The notes under the pieces were generated by a model, which ran no database searches, had not been told where the DNA came from, and saw nothing but the letters and a program-made list of their open reading frames with translations. From contig OZ024743.1 in NCBI GenBank assembly GCA_964016885.1, positions 253,022,001 to 253,086,000 of the forward strand: a DNA stretch of 64,000 nucleotides, in the 5' to 3' direction. Shown here in pieces: positions 61,894 through 64,000 of the stretch. This stretch comes from Eledone cirrhosa. Lineage: Eukaryota. Within the stretch, counting starts at the first letter, position 1. Every line of letters starts with the position of its first letter. A program made the position numbers and the translations under genes.

Positions 61894-64000
61894 GTCTACA
61901 GCGTGGTGATAATGCCACACAAGAGCCAAGTGGAGCGCCGCAACCACCGGAGACGGTGAATCCACAGATGGTTATGTAACCATACATTCGCCAATCCTCG
62001 ATAAGAGTGTTTAAATATCGAACCTAAACAGTTCGAATAACGGTGAAATGGAGACTAGAGCGTCATGTGACAGACTCTCACCCAACAGGTGCTCCCTGGC
62101 TCAGCAGCAGGAACCTGGCTGTCAACCAAATACTGCTGGTGTCGGAGGAAGAAGAAGGAAGGAAAGGGACCAGAACCAACTGGACGAAAGAATTGAATAG
62201 AACTGTTATGCAATGTTACCTGAAAAGTAACCCCAAGGAGAGGGGCTATAGGAGACGGATGCAGAACATCTGGAACGAGATTGGTCTATTTAAATGAGAT
62301 GAACAAAAATTGGCCGGGCAGGCTCGGGTAATAAGAACTAATGGGTGGATGAGCGAGCAGGAACTGGAGGAACTGAGCAGAGAGATTAGCTTGGAGATGG
62401 AGGGTGGAGTATGCCAGGCAAACGAGCCAGTGGGAAATGAATTTGAAGAGGTCGAGAGAACGGAGGAACCACCCGAAGCAGACAATGATCTGAATAGTGA
62501 GATAAATAATACCTGGAACAGAGATACGGCCACTGAGGAGATGAATGCTGACGGGCTAGGACAAGATTTGGTTGATATCCTAAACTTAGTGGTAGATGAA
62601 ATGAACAATGATAGTGGGAGACCTATGAACCTAAGATTTGTAGACAGGAAAAAGTTAAAAGAAACAATAGCTAAGGTAAACAAAGTCATCCCATACCTTG
62701 AGGCGAGGACCCTTCACCAGTGCAACAATATCCTCAAAGCAACAGCAAATACGGTGAGGAAACTACTTGGTATAAAAGCGAGAGGAAACAACAGACGAGA
62801 AAGAGCAGAGCCTTGGTGGAAGAAACGACTGAGTGGTCAAATCAGGGAAATGAGAAATGACATTGGAAAGCTTGAGTCACTACTGAATGGGATACTAAAA
62901 AACATAAGCACTAAAAATAGACTGGTAATAAAGTACAAAACTAGGAGGAAAAAGCTAAATATTATCATAGAGGAACTGAAGCAACGCATTGTAGCAAATA
63001 GTGCAAAAATCAGGCGATACGAGAACAGTCAGTCAGTATAAACAGAACCGCTTGTTCGACAACAACCAGAAGATGCTGTTTGGACAGCTTGAGGGGAAAG
63101 AAAGAGGCAACGACTTGATCCCTGAGGCGGAACAAACTAAAACATTCTGGAGAGGAATATGGGTGCAGGATGTTAGACATAATGACCAGGCAGGGTGGAT
63201 TGAGACAGTAGAGAGGGAGATCGGTGAGCAGGCACACCAACAAACTGATTTGAGTATCACAGTTGAAACTCTTAAGGGGCAGGCCAAAAAACTAACCAAC
63301 TGGAAATCACCAGGCCAAGATGGTGTGAAGGGGTATTGGATTAAACATTTAACATCCCTCCACCCGAAACTGACAACCATGTTCAATGACTGCTTGATGT
63401 CAGGTGAGGTACCAGAGTGGTTGACAAAAGGTACCACAGTTCTGATAATGAAAGACCGAATCAAGGGCAGTGATGTTACCAACTATAGACCTATCACATG
63501 TCTGTCCGTAATGTCGAAAATTCTGACGAGCATTGTGTCTGAGGAAATCTACCATCACCTCCACACAAACAACTTATTACCGGACGAACAGAAAGGATGC
63601 CGAAAGAAGTCACGTGGTACAAAGGACCAGTTACTTATTGATAATATGGTAATGGGGAATTGCAGGAGGAGACACACTGATCTTGCCATGGGATGGATAG
63701 ACTACAGAAAGGCATTTGACATGGTGCCTCATTCTTGGATCACCAAAAGCCTGGAGATCTCCAAGGTGGCGGATAACATCAGACAGTTGCTGGGCAGGAG
63801 TATTAGGTCCTGGGAAACAGAGTTGACATCAACTGGAGAATCCTTGGGAAGCGTGAAGATCAAGAGAGGTATCGTCCTGGTAGATAGCCTGTCCCCTCTA
63901 TTTGTTGTCCTTGCCCTGATGCCCCTGACCATTATGCTGTGAAAAGTGAGAGCAGGATACAAGTTGGGAAAGGGAGAGCTTACCATCAATCACCTCCTCG
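61894..64000 (+). mobile_element. Dong/R4-like non-LTR retrotransposon, 5' part, disrupted and running off the window
   Basis: N-terminal WTKELN..VMQCY..S.P..RGYR.RM..IW. RT motifs WKSPGQDG, NYRPITCL, EQKGCR..SRGTKDQL, WIDYRKAFDMVPH and DSLSPL. Stops at 62295 and 63940 and a frameshift near 63030; no APE domain. Confidence 0.88.

Overview
This is AT-rich eukaryotic DNA, intergenic or intronic, and very rich in microsatellites. The SINE and simple-repeat landscape suggests a cephalopod (octopus-like) genome, which is an inference. No host gene can be firmly called. Main contents: (1) a ~17.5 kb array of a 39-bp unit with higher-order block duplications (2.0-19.4 kb), bracketed by an inverted duplication; (2) a 5'-truncated Penelope-like retroelement with RT, CxCx5Cx5C linker and GIY-YIG (Naiad-like) and an intact-looking hammerhead ribozyme (HHR); (3) an RTE-like LINE lacking its RT core, a Dong/R4-like LINE, an L1/Tx1-like fragment and a deleted mariner; (4) many tRNA-derived SINEs. 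The most striking pattern is about 7 divergent elements sharing one architecture: inverted arm, HHR-containing core, inverted arm, then an unpaired tail with GAGT(G/A)CT, nearly all lodged in microsatellites. About 10 intact or degenerate HHR motifs occur in the window. All structures were read by eye and none were computed.
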